From assembly GCA_963844715.1 (NCBI GenBank), contig CAWJPJ010000005.1, positions 224,001-288,000 on the forward strand: a stretch of DNA of 64,000 bases. Reading direction: 5' to 3'. The notes under the pieces are model-generated. The model was given only the letters and a program-made list of their open reading frames with translations. It had not been told where the DNA came from and searched no databases. The position numbers and the translations under genes are program-made. Source of the stretch: an uncultured Phycisphaerales bacterium (GTDB lineage Bacteria > Planctomycetota > Phycisphaerae > Tepidisphaerales > Tepidisphaeraceae). This document shows, piece by piece, positions 1 through 11,309 of the stretch (its first letter is position 1; the number at the start of each line of letters is the position of its first letter).

Positions 1-535
1 CGGTGATGCAAAACGGTTTCAATAGATCGAGTGAATCGGGGATATCGCCGAAGCCCTTGCCGAAGTAAAAGGTTGGGGTCCAAGTCGTGAATCGATCGGC
101 GACGGCGGGGTCGCCGGTGCCGCCGACATCAGTCACCAGGCCGACGGAGACGATGGCTTCGTGCGGCTCGTTCTCCCAAAGTTCATACTTGGCGCTGAAT
201 TCGAGGTCGTCCCAGCCGTAGGCGGACGGACTGCCCGCGTCGCCGCGCTGCTGGATGTAAGTGTCGGAGATGCCGACAGCAAAATGGGGGAAGATCTCTT
301 TGTCGAATTCAAAGCTGGTGTCGACTTCGCTCGAATTGGGAGCGCCGTCCTGGCCTGAATTGGTGAAGTATGCGACTTCGGGAAGAGATAACTCGTCGAC
401 GGCGAAGGGATCGTCGGTACTGATGGTCGGCGGGAAAAATCGATCGCCCAGTATTCCGTGAGCGGAGGCGATCGCGCCGAGAAGAGCGGCGGCGCAGAAG
501 CCGGCCACGCTCAATAAGAGGCGAACCTTGTCCAT
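1..535 (-). CDS. Exported putative outer-membrane beta-barrel protein (partial, runs off window start)
   Basis: Not in ORF track. Manual translation from ATG at 535 with AGGGAG SD: MDKVRLLLSVAGFCAAALLGAIASA-HGILGDRFFPPTISTDDPFAVDELSLP... Signal peptide followed by amphipathic beta-strand-like segments. Confidence 0.7.
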   Translation of the reverse strand, partial: MDKVRLLLSVAGFCAAALLGAIASAHGILGDRFFPPTISTDDPFAVDELSLPEVAYFTNSGQDGAPNSSEVDTSFEFDKEIFPHFAVGISDTYIQQRGDAGSPSAYGWDDLEFSAKYELWENEPHEAIVSVGLVTDVGGTGDPAVADRFTTWTPTFYFGKGFGDIPDSLDLLKPFCIT

Positions 536-582
536 GGGAACTCCCTGGTCAAAGAATTGGATTTACAGATGAAACGAGAGGA

Positions 583-942
583 TCAGGCGGCGGGAGCCGG
601 CGGTCCTCGGCAGGGAGGAGTTCCGAGGCAGAAGATGGCGTGAGAAGTTTCGGGAGTGGGGACGGGCAGTTGCTCGGCCAGACCGAAGTGGCCGAGTTGG
701 AAATCAACGACTGGCGGGAGAATCAGGTGCGCGACGAACGAACAGATCGCGCACTCGCCCGGGCGCTGGGGATGATGGGGATCGGGTTTGGATTGATTGG
801 CTTCGCAGTGGCAGCAGCAACAAGGGCAGGAGGAGTCGGCGCCGGGCAAGAGAACGGCGCCGCGCGTGTGGCCGGGGACGATCACGCCCAGCCACAGCGT
901 TTCGAAGATCAGCAGAGCTAATCTGCCGCACCGCCCTATCAT
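583..942 (-). CDS. DUF2946-family protein (CruR/CutF-like leader)
   Basis: N-terminal hydrophobic segment, Cys/His-rich linker, CAIC motif, C-terminal PPCRGPP. Confidence 0.7.
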   Translation of the reverse strand: MIGRCGRLALLIFETLWLGVIVPGHTRGAVLLPGADSSCPCCCCHCEANQSKPDPHHPQRPGECAICSFVAHLILPPVVDFQLGHFGLAEQLPVPTPETSHAIFCLGTPPCRGPPAPAA

Positions 943-1028
943 CGGGGGAGAACGATAAGCGGAAGCGCGGGCCAGTCAAGTTAAAAATGGACGGCGGGGG
1001 TTTCGTCGCGTTGCATCCGGGTTTAAAG

Positions 1029-2753
1029 ATGGCTATTCAAGTCGGCGGTATGGAAACGGTTGGGATGACAGCGGAAGCGTTGTGCGAGCTCGGGGGGAAG
1101 CTGATTGTGCAGCGGCGCCTGGAGGAGGCGGTCGAGGCTTGCCGGAAGTCGATCTCAATTAATCCGAAGATTGCAGAGAGTCATTACAACCTGGGGATTG
1201 CGCTGCGGGAACTCGGGCAATTGGAACCGGCGGCGGATGCTTATCGGGAGGGAATTTCTCTGAAGCCCGATTTTGCCGAAGCGCAGAATAATCTGGGGAA
1301 CTGCGCTGCGCATGCTGGGGAGGCTGGATGAGGCGGAAGAGGCGCTGAAAAGGGCGATCGGGTCGAAGCCGGAGTACGCGGAGGCGCATAGCAATCTTGG
1401 GAACGTGGTGCGCGAGCAGGGACGATTGGACGACGCGATTGCGTGCTTTCGGCAGGCGATTGCCCTGAAACCCGGGGCGAACGCGATTTGGAGCAATCTG
1501 CTTTACGTGATGCATTATCATCCGGATTACGATTGCCGGAGGATTTATCAGGAGCATCGAGTTTGGGCCCAGGGGGTTGAGAGATCGGTGGTGGGGGAGA
1601 TTCGGGAGCTTGGGAACGATCGCGATGAGAATCGGCGGTTGAAGATTGGGTATGTGTCGGCGGATTTTCGGGCGCATGCGGCGGCGAATTTTCTGTTGCC
1701 GCTGTTTCGGAATCATAATTCGGAAAATGTGGAAGTGATCTGCTACAGCGGGGTTCGGCGGGGGGATGCGATGACCGATGGCGCTGAAGAAGATGAGCCA
1801 GGGGTGGCGAGACGCTTTTGCATTGTCGGACGCGGAGTTGGCGGAGCAGATACGCAGGGATGGGATCGACGTTCTGGTGGATCTTTCGGTGCATATGGCC
1901 GGAAATCGCCTGGCGGTGTTTGCGCGGAGGCCGGCGCCGGTGCAGGTGACTTGGCTGGGTTATCCGAGTACGACGGGGCTGGAGACGATTGACTATCGGA
2001 TTACGGATTGGCGGCTCGACCCGAACGACGAAAGCAATTGTTACAGCGAGGAGTCGGTGAGGTTGGAGAGAAGTTTTTGGTGTTATGAACCATTGGTGAA
2101 CAGTCCGGGGGGCCCTGGGGTGCAAGCACCCCCCGCTTTGCGAAAGGGGTTTGTTACGTTTGGCTGCTTGAATAATTTTGCGAAAGTTACTCCGGCGGTG
2201 CTCGCGTGGTGGAGGGAAGTGTTGCGCGGTGGAGGGGTCGCGAATGATTATTCATTCTTTGGAGGGGAGGCATCGGCAGCGGGTGGTGGAATTCTTCGAG
2301 GCGGGGGGAGTGGATGGGAAGCGGATTGAATTTTTTAGGCGGCTCAGTCCGGAGAAATATTTTGAGGTTTATCAGCGTGTGGATTTGGGATTGGATCCGT
2401 TTCCTTATCCAGGGCATACGACTTTGCTGGATGGATTGTGGATGGGCGTGCCTTCCGTCGTGACGACGGGTTCGACGGCGGTGAGCCGGGGGGCGGCGAG
2501 TATTTTGTCGACATTGGGATTGGCAGATTGGGTCGCGCGGGATCGGGACGAATATATCGCCAAAGCCGTTGCGGCGGCCGGGGATTTGCAGCGGCTGGCA
2601 CGGCTTCGAGCGACGCTGCGGGAGAAGCTGGCGGGGTCAGAGCTGATGGACGGGGCGGGGTTTGCGTCGCGACTGGAGCAGCGTTTTCGTGGGCTGTGGA
2701 AGAACTGGTGCAACTTTTCCGGCAAAGGAGCGTCCAAGCGGGCATCGACCTAA
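1029..2753 (+). CDS. TPR-containing O-GlcNAc transferase (SPINDLY/GT41 family), frameshifted
   Basis: TPRs (HYNLGIAL, HSNLGNV), RLKIGYVSADFRAH, DVLVDLSVH, PAPVQVTWLGYP, FGCLNN, LDPFPYPGHTT spread over 4 overlapping ORFs. Confidence 0.85.
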
Positions 2754-2765
2754 CAGGAGTCAACG

Positions 2766-4823
2766 ATGCGGCTTGGAATTCGAGCAGCGGTTCTGGGGGC
2801 GGCGATTGGGGCGTGTGGGTTGTTTCCAGTGGCGGGCTTGAGAGCGGCGGCACTGCCGGGAATGCCGGCCTCGGTCGGGTTGAGCCCGATATCGCAGGTC
2901 CCGGTCAAGAAAGTCGTGCTGTTCACGAGCGGGGTGGGGTACTTTGAACACGATGGGACCGTGCTCGGGGCGGCGACGACCCAACTTAAATTCGACAATT
3001 CTCAAATCAACGATGTGCTGAAGAGCCTGGTGCTGGAGGACATGGGAGGGACGGTGTCGACTGTCACGTACGCGAGCCAGGATCCCCTGGCGAAGCAGCT
3101 TAAGAGCTTTGGCGTGGACATCGCGGACGATCCCTCACTGGATCAGCTATTGAATCAGCTTCGCGGGGCGAAGGTGACGATCGGGATGGCGAGCGAGGAG
3201 ATCACGGGGACGATTCTGGGGGTCGAAAAACGGACCAAGCCGGCGGGGGATGGCAAGACGATTGACGTGCCGGTGATCAATGTTGTAACAGACAGCGGGA
3301 TTCGATCTGTCGAGTTGCCGGATGCGCAGGAGGTGAAATTGGATGATCCGACGCTTCAGGAGGAATTATCCAAGGCGCTGGGGGCGGTGGCGCTGGCGCG
3401 GAATGAGGATCGCAAGCCGGTGACGATTCATTTTGAGGGGACGGGAGTACGGGATGTGCGGTTGGGGTATGTGGTGGAGTCGCCGGTGTGGCGGACCAGC
3501 TATCGGCTGGTGCTGGGGGATGGGGACGACGCGAAATTGCAGGGGTGGGCGGTTGTGGAAAATCAGACAGATAATGATTGGGATGATGTGCAACTGAGCC
3601 TGGTGAGCGGGAGGCCGATCAGTTTCATCGAGGACATGTACCAGCCGCTGTACGTGCAGAGGCCGACGGTGCAGCCGCAGGGGATCGCGGAAGTGACGCC
3701 GCCGACCTATGCGGAGGCGATTCAGCAGCGGGAATTGGCGATGGATAGTTTGGAAAAAGCGAGCGCGATGGGGGGAGGGGCGATGTCGGGGGATGCGATG
3801 GCAGCCGCTCCAGCGGGGCAGATGTTGAATCCGACGCAATCGGTTGCACCAGTGGCGTCGGGGGAGGCGGTGGGGGAATTGTTTCAGTACAACATCGATC
3901 ATGTGACGATGCCGCGGCAAAGCAGCGCGATGATTCCGATTGTAGCGGGTTCGGTGAAGTTGGAACGGGTGAGCATTTATAATCCGGCGGTGCTGGCCCG
4001 CAATCCGCTTTATGGGGGACGGCTGAAGAATACTTCGGGGAAGCATCTGCGCGGCGGGCCGATCACGGTATTCGATGGCGGGAGTTATGCCGGGGATGGG
4101 CAGATCGACGATGTGCCGCCTGGGCAGGATCGGCTGATCAGTTATGGGGTCGATCAGGAGATGCTCATCGATACAACCACGCCGGACCGGACGGATGAAA
4201 CAGTAACAGGGAAGATCGTCCAGGGGGTGCTGGAAGTGACGCATGAGTACGACGCTTCGACGATTTACGAGGCGCGGAATGAATCGGATCATGAAAAAAC
4301 GCTGTTGATTGAGCAGCCGATTGAGGACGGGTGGGATGTGGTGGATTCGCCGAAAGTGGCGGAGAAGACGGACCAGCTTTATCGGTTTGAGAAGAAGATC
4401 GGGGCGGGAAAGACGGAGAAGATCGCGGTTCGGGAGAAGCATGTGGAGGATCAGTCGTTCGGGATTTTGGGAGGAGATGTCGACGCGATTGTGGATTTCA
4501 CGCATGACGGCGCCATTCCGGGGGATGTGAAGGATGCGCTGAATAAAGCCGCGGAGATGAAGCGCGGGATCGCGGATTTGCAAAGTCGGTTGGCGACGGA
4601 TCAACAGAAGGAGCAGAAGATCGTTTCCGATCAGCAGCGGATCGACGAGACACTACGGACGGTGGATAAGAACACGCCGATTTATTCCCGGCTGTTGCAG
4701 AAATTGGATGATCAGGAGACGCAACTCGAGAAGCTGCGCGGAGAGGAGGACGACCTGACGACTAAAGCGGCGGCTGCGCAGAAGGAGCTGGAAGATTATC
4801 TGGGCGGGCTGACGGTGGGCTGA
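2766..4823 (+). CDS. DUF4139-domain secreted protein
   Basis: Signal peptide, VVLFTSGVGYFEH, INDVLKSL, WRTSYRL, GWAVVENQTDNDW, C-terminal coiled coil. Confidence 0.8.
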   Translation: MRLGIRAAVLGAAIGACGLFPVAGLRAAALPGMPASVGLSPISQVPVKKVVLFTSGVGYFEHDGTVLGAATTQLKFDNSQINDVLKSLVLEDMGGTVSTVTYASQDPLAKQLKSFGVDIADDPSLDQLLNQLRGAKVTIGMASEEITGTILGVEKRTKPAGDGKTIDVPVINVVTDSGIRSVELPDAQEVKLDDPTLQEELSKALGAVALARNEDRKPVTIHFEGTGVRDVRLGYVVESPVWRTSYRLVLGDGDDAKLQGWAVVENQTDNDWDDVQLSLVSGRPISFIEDMYQPLYVQRPTVQPQGIAEVTPPTYAEAIQQRELAMDSLEKASAMGGGAMSGDAMAAAPAGQMLNPTQSVAPVASGEAVGELFQYNIDHVTMPRQSSAMIPIVAGSVKLERVSIYNPAVLARNPLYGGRLKNTSGKHLRGGPITVFDGGSYAGDGQIDDVPPGQDRLISYGVDQEMLIDTTTPDRTDETVTGKIVQGVLEVTHEYDASTIYEARNESDHEKTLLIEQPIEDGWDVVDSPKVAEKTDQLYRFEKKIGAGKTEKIAVREKHVEDQSFGILGGDVDAIVDFTHDGAIPGDVKDALNKAAEMKRGIADLQSRLATDQQKEQKIVSDQQRIDETLRTVDKNTPIYSRLLQKLDDQETQLEKLRGEEDDLTTKAAAAQKELEDYLGGLTVG

Positions 4824-6305
4824 TCGGGCTGGGTGGTTGGGGCGGCGGTTTGGGACGTCGTATCGACGTGATCGAGGACCAGGCCGGTGACGTCGGCGAC
4901 GGAGAATGCCGGGGCTTTGGCGGCCTGGATGTGGACATTGCGGAGGGTGACGTCGGCGGCTTCGCTGAGAGAGGCGCCCGCGTCGGCGGCGAGGTTCATG
5001 TCTTGCATGGTGATGTCGGAAAGGGGGAGTTCGGGAAGGCCGCGCATCAGGAGCGACTGCTTGGCGCTTTTGCAGGTGATGTTCTGGAGATCAAAGTTGC
5101 GGAAGCAGGGCGTGCGGACGGAAAGGGGCTCGGGGGTGGGCTTGGGCTGCTCGTAATACATATCGAAGGAAATGGCGGGGCCTTTAATGTTGGTCATGGT
5201 GATGTTCGAGACGTGAATGTCTTCCACGACGCCGCCGCGGCCTCGGACGCTTTTGAATCGGAGGCCGACGTCGGTGCCGTCGCAGGCGCAATCCGTGATG
5301 TGAACATTGCGGATGTCGCCGGACATTTCTGACCCGAGGACGAACCCGCCGTGTCCCCAGCCGGCGGTGCAATGGCGGATGATGACGTTTTCGGTCGGCT
5401 GGTGTTTTTGGCGGCCTTCCGCGTCCTTGCCGCTTTTTAGGACGATGTTGTCATCGCCGGCGTAGACGGTGGAATTCTCCATGACGACATCGCGGCAGGA
5501 TTCGAACCCGATGCCGTCCCCGTTTTGGGCCCAGATTTCGTTCCGGACCAGGATGTTGCGGATTTGGACGTTGCTATCTTCCTGTAACTGGATGGCCCAG
5601 AAGGCGGAGTTTCGGAAAGTGGGGCCGTCGAGCAGGACGTCGACGCAGTCGACGAGGGTGATCATGTCGGGGCGGAGGGCGTCGCGGAGATTTTTATAGT
5701 CGGCGATGTCGGGCGTTTTCTGGGATTCGCGCAAAGCGGCGAGCGGACCCTGCGCGTCCAGGCGCTTGTTGCGTGGGGTACCAGACGTTTTCCTTGGGAT
5801 CGACCACGCCACCGGATTTGATAAGGTCGTTCCATTGCTGGTCGGAGACTTTGCTTTTCTTGAGGGGCCGCCAGGCGTCGCCTTGCCCGTCGATGATGCC
5901 GGGGCCGGTGATCGAGATGTCGTGGAGATTTTTCCCGGTGATGGGGGAGCGGCATTGGACGGTGTCGGTCCCCATGAAGTTGGCATAAACGAGGGGGTAA
6001 TCGTCGAAGTTACGGGAGAAGATCAACTCGGCGCCGGCGTCGAGATGGAGGTCGATGTTGCTGGCCAGGTCGATGGGGCCGCAGAGAAAACTGCCGGCGG
6101 GGATTTCCACCCGGCCTCCCCCGGCGGCGGCGCAATCGTCGATGGCTTTTTGAATGGCGGCGGTGCAGACGGTTTTGCCGTCGCCGACCGCGCCGTCATC
6201 GGCGATGTTTATGACATGGGGATTTCCGGAAGGCTGCGTTTGAGCAAAGGCGGCTGCGGCGGTTCCCAGGCAAATCGCGGCGGCGCGGCGGATCCAAGGC
6301 ATCAT
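4796..6305 (-). CDS. Glycoside hydrolase family 28 (polygalacturonase), frameshifted
   Basis: GAVGDGKT, GIIDGQG, NGDGI, GDDNIVLKSG, GHGGFVLGSEMSG, RFKS across two ORFs. Confidence 0.9.
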
Positions 6306-7864
6306 TGAGCGGTCTCCTTAGCCGACGCCTGACCGGTTTCGCCGGGTTGAACAACGGCATCGACATGATCCAAAGTTAAATTCGTGGTGTTATAGGTATC
6401 GAGCGCGGGGCTGGTGCTGGAACAAATCCGCACGTTGCGGAGTGTGAAATCGCGCACGTCGGCGATGGACGCGCCTTTGTCGCACGTGAGTTGCACATTT
6501 TCTATGGTAATATTGTTCATAGGCAGTTCAGACAGGCCCCGGATGGACATCGCTGTCTTGCCGCTGTAGCAAATCACGTCGCGAATGGTGATATCGCGGA
6601 AGATGGGGGTCCGCACGCTCACGGCCTCCGGCTTGGGGTGCTTTTCCTGATAGTACATGTCGAAGAGGATGCAGATCTGGGCAACTTTGGAGATCGCGAT
6701 GTTGTGGATGCGGATGTTCTCGACGACGCCGCCTCGGCCGCGGGTGGTCTTGAAGCGGAGTGGGATATCGGTGCCGGTCATGTTGCAGTTGTAAGCTTCG
6801 ACATCGCGGACGCCGCCAGACATTTCAGAGCCGATGGCGATGCCGCCGTGGCCCCAGTAAATGTCGTCGTTGCGGATGACGACGTGGTCGGTGGGGCGAT
6901 TGTGGAGGCGGCCGGCTTCGTCGCGGCCGGACTTCAGGCAGATGTCGTCGTCGCCGGCGTGGATGGTGCAATTTTCGATGAGGACATTCGTGCAACTATC
7001 GACGTCGATGCCATCGCCGTTTTGGGCCCAGAGTTCGTTGAAAATGTTGGCGTGTTCGACTTTGATGTCATCGGAGTCGAGGAGGTGGATGTTCCAGGAG
7101 CCGGAATTTCGGAAAGTGGCGTCCTGGAGAAGAACGTGCTGGCAGTTGGCCAGGAGTACGTTGTTCGGGCGGAGGAGGTCGCGGAGTGGAGCGTAGGCGG
7201 CAACTTGCGGGGGGCCGGGCTGGGCGCGGAGGGCGAAGAGATCGCGCATGCGGCGTGCGCGAGACGTCGCTGGGCCACCAGGTTTGTTCGTCGTCACCGC
7301 TTACCCCGGTCACGCCGCCCGAGGCGACCAGGTCGTTCCATTGCTGATCGGTGAGCTTGGATCGTTTAACGGATCGCCACGTTTGCCCCTGCCCGTCGAT
7401 GGCGCCGGTGCCGGTGATGGAGATATCGTGCAAGTCCTGGCCCCAGATGGGGGCTTGGCAGATGACGGTCTGCTTGCCTTCGTAGCTGGAGATAATCAGG
7501 GGATAGTCGTTGTGATTCTTGCTGAACGTGAGCAGTGCGCCCGCGGCGAGATGAAGATCGACTCCGCTGCGAAGCTGGATGGGGGCGCTGAGGAAAGTTC
7601 CGGAGGGGACGAGAACCTGCCCGCCGCCGACGGCGCCAGCGGCATCGAGGGCTTTCTGGATCGCGGCGGTGGCGGGGGTTTTCCCGTCGGGGAGAGCGCC
7701 GAAGTCTTCAATGTCGTAGACCTTTGCGCGGGGGGCTGGGACGGCGCGGCGGCCTGCGGAGTGGGCGCGGGAGGCGGAGGTGCAGGTGTACTGGATTTGC
7801 AGGCTGTTAGAGTTAAAAGGAAGAGCACGGACGCGGATGCGGAACAGAGCTTGAACGGCGGCAT
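6302..7864 (-). CDS. Glycoside hydrolase family 28 lipoprotein, frameshifted
   Basis: Lipobox LTAC; NGDGIDVDS, GDDDICLKSG, GHGGIAIGSEMSGG, RFKT; three frames. Confidence 0.88.
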
Positions 7865-7948
7865 TTGGTTCGTTCCTCCAAGTCACCCCCGGGGCTCGCT
7901 TCCAGCGGGAAACATTATCTGGGGGCGGCGGAAATCACAAGCGGAAGG

Positions 7949-8542
7949 TCATAGTCCGGCCGCCGGGGCCGGGCCGCGGGGATTGGTCAATTTTTCCAAC
8001 TGATCGCGGACGCGATCAAGCGTGTCCATGACTTCGTGGTGGCGCATGTCGTCGGTGGTAGGAGTCTTGGCGATGAAGGTGATGACCCCGGTGGGTTCGA
8101 GGATGGCGGCATCGACCTCGGCGAGGGAGGTCAATCCCTGCCGGTGAGCGGCGGCGGTCAGTTCGGCGCGGGACATCAGTTCGCGCTGAAGATGGTTGCG
8201 CAGGATTTTGCCGTCCTTCATGAGATAATCGCGTCGGCCTTCGACGAGGGTTTCGATGCGGCGATGTCCATGCAGGAATCGAACGACGAGGTAATTGACG
8301 AGCAGCAGGGTGCTGGCGCCGACGAGCCCGCCGGTGACGGAGTTGTCGTCGCCGATGATGGCGTTTTGGACGGTATTGGAGAGGGTGAGCAAGACAACCA
8401 GGTCGAAGGGATTGAGCTGGGCGAGTTCGCGCTTTCCGGCCAGTCTCAGGCCGACTATTAGAAAGATATAGATGATGATTGGGCGGATGATTTTTTCAGC
8501 CAGGGGAAGAGTAAGGGCGAACATGTCATGCCAGGCGGGCAT
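7949..8542 (-). CDS. DUF421/YetF-family membrane protein
   Basis: GKRELAQLNPFDLVVLLTLSN, AILEPTGVIT. Confidence 0.85.
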   Translation of the reverse strand: MPAWHDMFALTLPLAEKIIRPIIIYIFLIVGLRLAGKRELAQLNPFDLVVLLTLSNTVQNAIIGDDNSVTGGLVGASTLLLVNYLVVRFLHGHRRIETLVEGRRDYLMKDGKILRNHLQRELMSRAELTAAAHRQGLTSLAEVDAAILEPTGVITFIAKTPTTDDMRHHEVMDTLDRVRDQLEKLTNPRGPAPAAGL

Positions 8543-8598
8543 AGGGGACCTCGGGGGTTAGAGATTCTTGGAAGCACTTTGCGGGGAATGATAACGAA

Positions 8599-9276
8599 TT
8601 AGCGGGATTTGGCAGTGGGGGACTGGACAAGGATTTTGGCGGCGGCGGCGATCCCAAGGGAGATTTCCTCGCGGCGGGGGATGCGGAGCCGGACGGCTTC
8701 GGCGGCGGGCTCGCGTTTCGAGACGGTGACCGTGACGCCGGGAACCAGCCCGTGGCGTTCGAGGAATTGCAGGAAGGACGGGTCCTGATCGAGAACGCGG
8801 GCAACAGTTTGGGGATCGTGCACCGGGCAATCGGCGAGGCTCATGCGAGTCGGTTCGTGGAGTTGGCCTTTGGAGGTTGGGATCGGGTCGCCGTGGGGAT
8901 CGACGGTGGGGTGGCCGAGCAGATCGTCGATTTTTTCCAGTACGTGATCGGAGATGGCGTGCTCGAGGATGTCGGCTTCGTCGTGGACTTCGGACCAATC
9001 CAATTTGAGGACGCGAACGAGGAATAGTTCGAGCAGGCGATGGCGGCGGAGAACGTGAAGGGCGAGTTGCTCGCCGCTGTGGGTGAGCTTCGCGCCGCCG
9101 CGCGGTTCGTACTGGACGAGGCCGGAGTCGGCCAGGGCTTTGACCATGGAGGTGGCGGTGCCGGGAACGACGCCCATGGCGGCGGCGAGTTTGCCCATGG
9201 GGACCATGTCTCCGGGGCCGCTGCGCTGCTGCAGATAAAGCTGCTTGAGGTAGTTTTCGACGGTGCTGGTGGGCAT
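8599..9276 (-). CDS. mntR: DtxR/MntR-family metal-dependent regulator with FeoA-like C-terminal domain
   Basis: ENYLK, RRHRLLELFL, HDEADILEH, DPHGDPIP; divergent from mntH. Confidence 0.88.
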   Translation of the reverse strand: MPTSTVENYLKQLYLQQRSGPGDMVPMGKLAAAMGVVPGTATSMVKALADSGLVQYEPRGGAKLTHSGEQLALHVLRRHRLLELFLVRVLKLDWSEVHDEADILEHAISDHVLEKIDDLLGHPTVDPHGDPIPTSKGQLHEPTRMSLADCPVHDPQTVARVLDQDPSFLQFLERHGLVPGVTVTVSKREPAAEAVRLRIPRREEISLGIAAAAKILVQSPTAKSR

Positions 9277-9328
9277 ATGGGCTTAACTCTGCATTAATCG
9301 GTCAAAAGAATATTGCCTAAACGACCGA

Positions 9329-9374
9329 TTGACAAATATCGGGTAATGATTATTATCTTTTTGATTAGTCAAAA
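9329..9374 (+). promoter_or_regulatory. Sigma-70-type promoter for mntH plus palindromic operator
   Basis: TTGACA (9329-9334), 16 bp, TATTAT (9351-9356), then near-perfect palindrome TTTTGATTAGTCAAAA (9359-9374) in an AT-rich island. Confidence 0.6.
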
Positions 9375-9413
9375 TTCGATAGTTGAGTATTCGAATTGTG
9401 AGTGAGGCCCACG

Positions 9414-10855
9414 ATGCAGAATTCAACAACCGGACCTTTGAATCCTTCGGCGATTCCGCCCGTTGCCGGCAGCGCGGCGCACTTTCGCTGGAAGGGATGC
9501 ACAGTTCGGTCGAGGTGCCGCCACTACGATACGGGCTTCTGGACGCAATGGCGGGCGTTCGTGGGGCCTGCGCTCCTGGTGAGCGTGGGGTATATGGACC
9601 CGGGCAACTGGGGTTCCGATCTATCCGCGGGAGCGGAGTATAAATACAAACTGCTGTGGGTCGTCGGGCGTCGCCAGTCTGATGGCGATTTTCCTGCAGG
9701 TGATTTCGGCCCGGCTGGGCGTGGCGACGGGCAAGGATCTGGCTCAGTGCTGCCGGGATTGGTATCCGAAATGGACGCGCTGGCCGAATTGGCTGTTATG
9801 TGAAATCGCGATTGGCGCATGCGATCTGGCGGAGGTGCTTGGCAGCGCGGTGGCCTTAAACCTGCTGTTTCATATCCCCCTGTTGTGGGCGGTGATCATC
9901 ACCGGCGCGGATGTACTGTTGCTTTTGGCGTTGCAGCGATATGGAATGCGGACGATCGAGGCGGTGATTCTTGTTTTAGTCGGTACGATCGCGGTCTGTT
10001 TTTTCATCGAGATATTTGTTCTGCCGCAGACGCGGCCCGATTTCATGGAGATGGGCCGGGCGATGGTACATCCTACGCTGCACGGAGTCGGCTACCCCAA
10101 CGACCCGCAGACCATGGCATTCATTGCCATCGCCATCATCGGCGCGACGGTGATGCCGCACAATTTGTATCTGCATTCCGCGCTGGTGCAGAGCCGCCAG
10201 TTGCAGCGCGATGAGAATTCGATCCGAACTGCCATCCGCTTCAACACGATCGACTCGACGGTTGCCCTGACCATCGCGTTCTTCGTCAATGCCGCGATCT
10301 TGGTCCTGGCCGCGATCGTCTTCTACGGCAAGACCAGGCGCGATTTCTGGAGGGGTGACGTACGCCTTTGACGCCAACACCGATTGGATTCGGGTTGCGT
10401 ATCTGACTCTCGCGCCGCTGCTGGGTACGGTGGCCGCGAGCCTCCTGTTTGCGATCGGGCTGCTGGCGAGCGGCCAAGCGAGCACGATCACGGGTACGCT
10501 GGCAGGGCAAGTGGTTATGGAGGGATTCATGCACTGGCGAATCTCTCCATGGCTTCGCCGAGTGATTACCCGCACGTTGGCGATCATCCCGGCGGTGCTG
10601 ATCATCGGGATTCGCGGGAACAGCAGCATTAACGATTTGCTGAATCTGAGCCAGGTTGTCTTGGCCCTTCAGTTGCCTCTGGCGATGTTCCCCCTGCTAC
10701 ATTTTACCTCTTCCCGCCGGCGCATGGGCCAATGGAAGCTGGGCTGGGTCCTGCTGATCACCGGATGGACCAGCGCCGTGCTGATCACGGCCATGGACAT
10801 CTATGGTCTGCCTGATTCGGTCCGGCAGGCTTGGCAAGTGATTGCCGGAGGGTAG
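9414..10855 (+). CDS. mntH: Nramp-family Mn2+/Fe2+ transporter, frameshifted
   Basis: GYMDPGNW, GATVMPHNLYLHS, GQASTITGTLAGQVVMEGF. Confidence 0.92.
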
Positions 10856-10883
10856 GCGCATTGACGCCCCAGCAGGAAATTCG

Positions 10884-11300
10884 ATGTACGACACGATACT
10901 GGTAACACTCGACACCACAGCGACCGACCACGTGATTACCAAGCACATCAAGGCCCTGGCGACGATCATGATGAGCCATGTCGTGCTTTTGCATGTCGCT
11001 GACGGTTGGGCGGCCCGCACGTTCGGGCCGGATGCCGTGAGTCCGGAGATCAAGGAAGACATGGAATATCTTGAGCGGGTTCGAGCGGAATTTGAATCCG
11101 TGGGCGTTCCGACCGAGGCGGCTCTCGCCTACGGCGAGCCGGCGACGGAGATCGTGCGTTGGGTCCAGGAGAAACATTGCGATTTGGTCGCGATGGGTAC
11201 TCACGGACATCGCTTGCTGGCGGACTTGTTTTTCGGGATAACCGCCAGCCGCGTGCAGCACAGTATCGACATCCCCGTGCTATTAATCCGAGCCAGGTAA
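10884..11300 (+). CDS. Universal stress protein
   Basis: MYDTILVTLD, DLVAMGTHGHR, IPVLLIR; usual mntH neighbour. Confidence 0.88.
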   Translation: MYDTILVTLDTTATDHVITKHIKALATIMMSHVVLLHVADGWAARTFGPDAVSPEIKEDMEYLERVRAEFESVGVPTEAALAYGEPATEIVRWVQEKHCDLVAMGTHGHRLLADLFFGITASRVQHSIDIPVLLIRAR

Positions 11301-11309
11301 GCCCCCATC

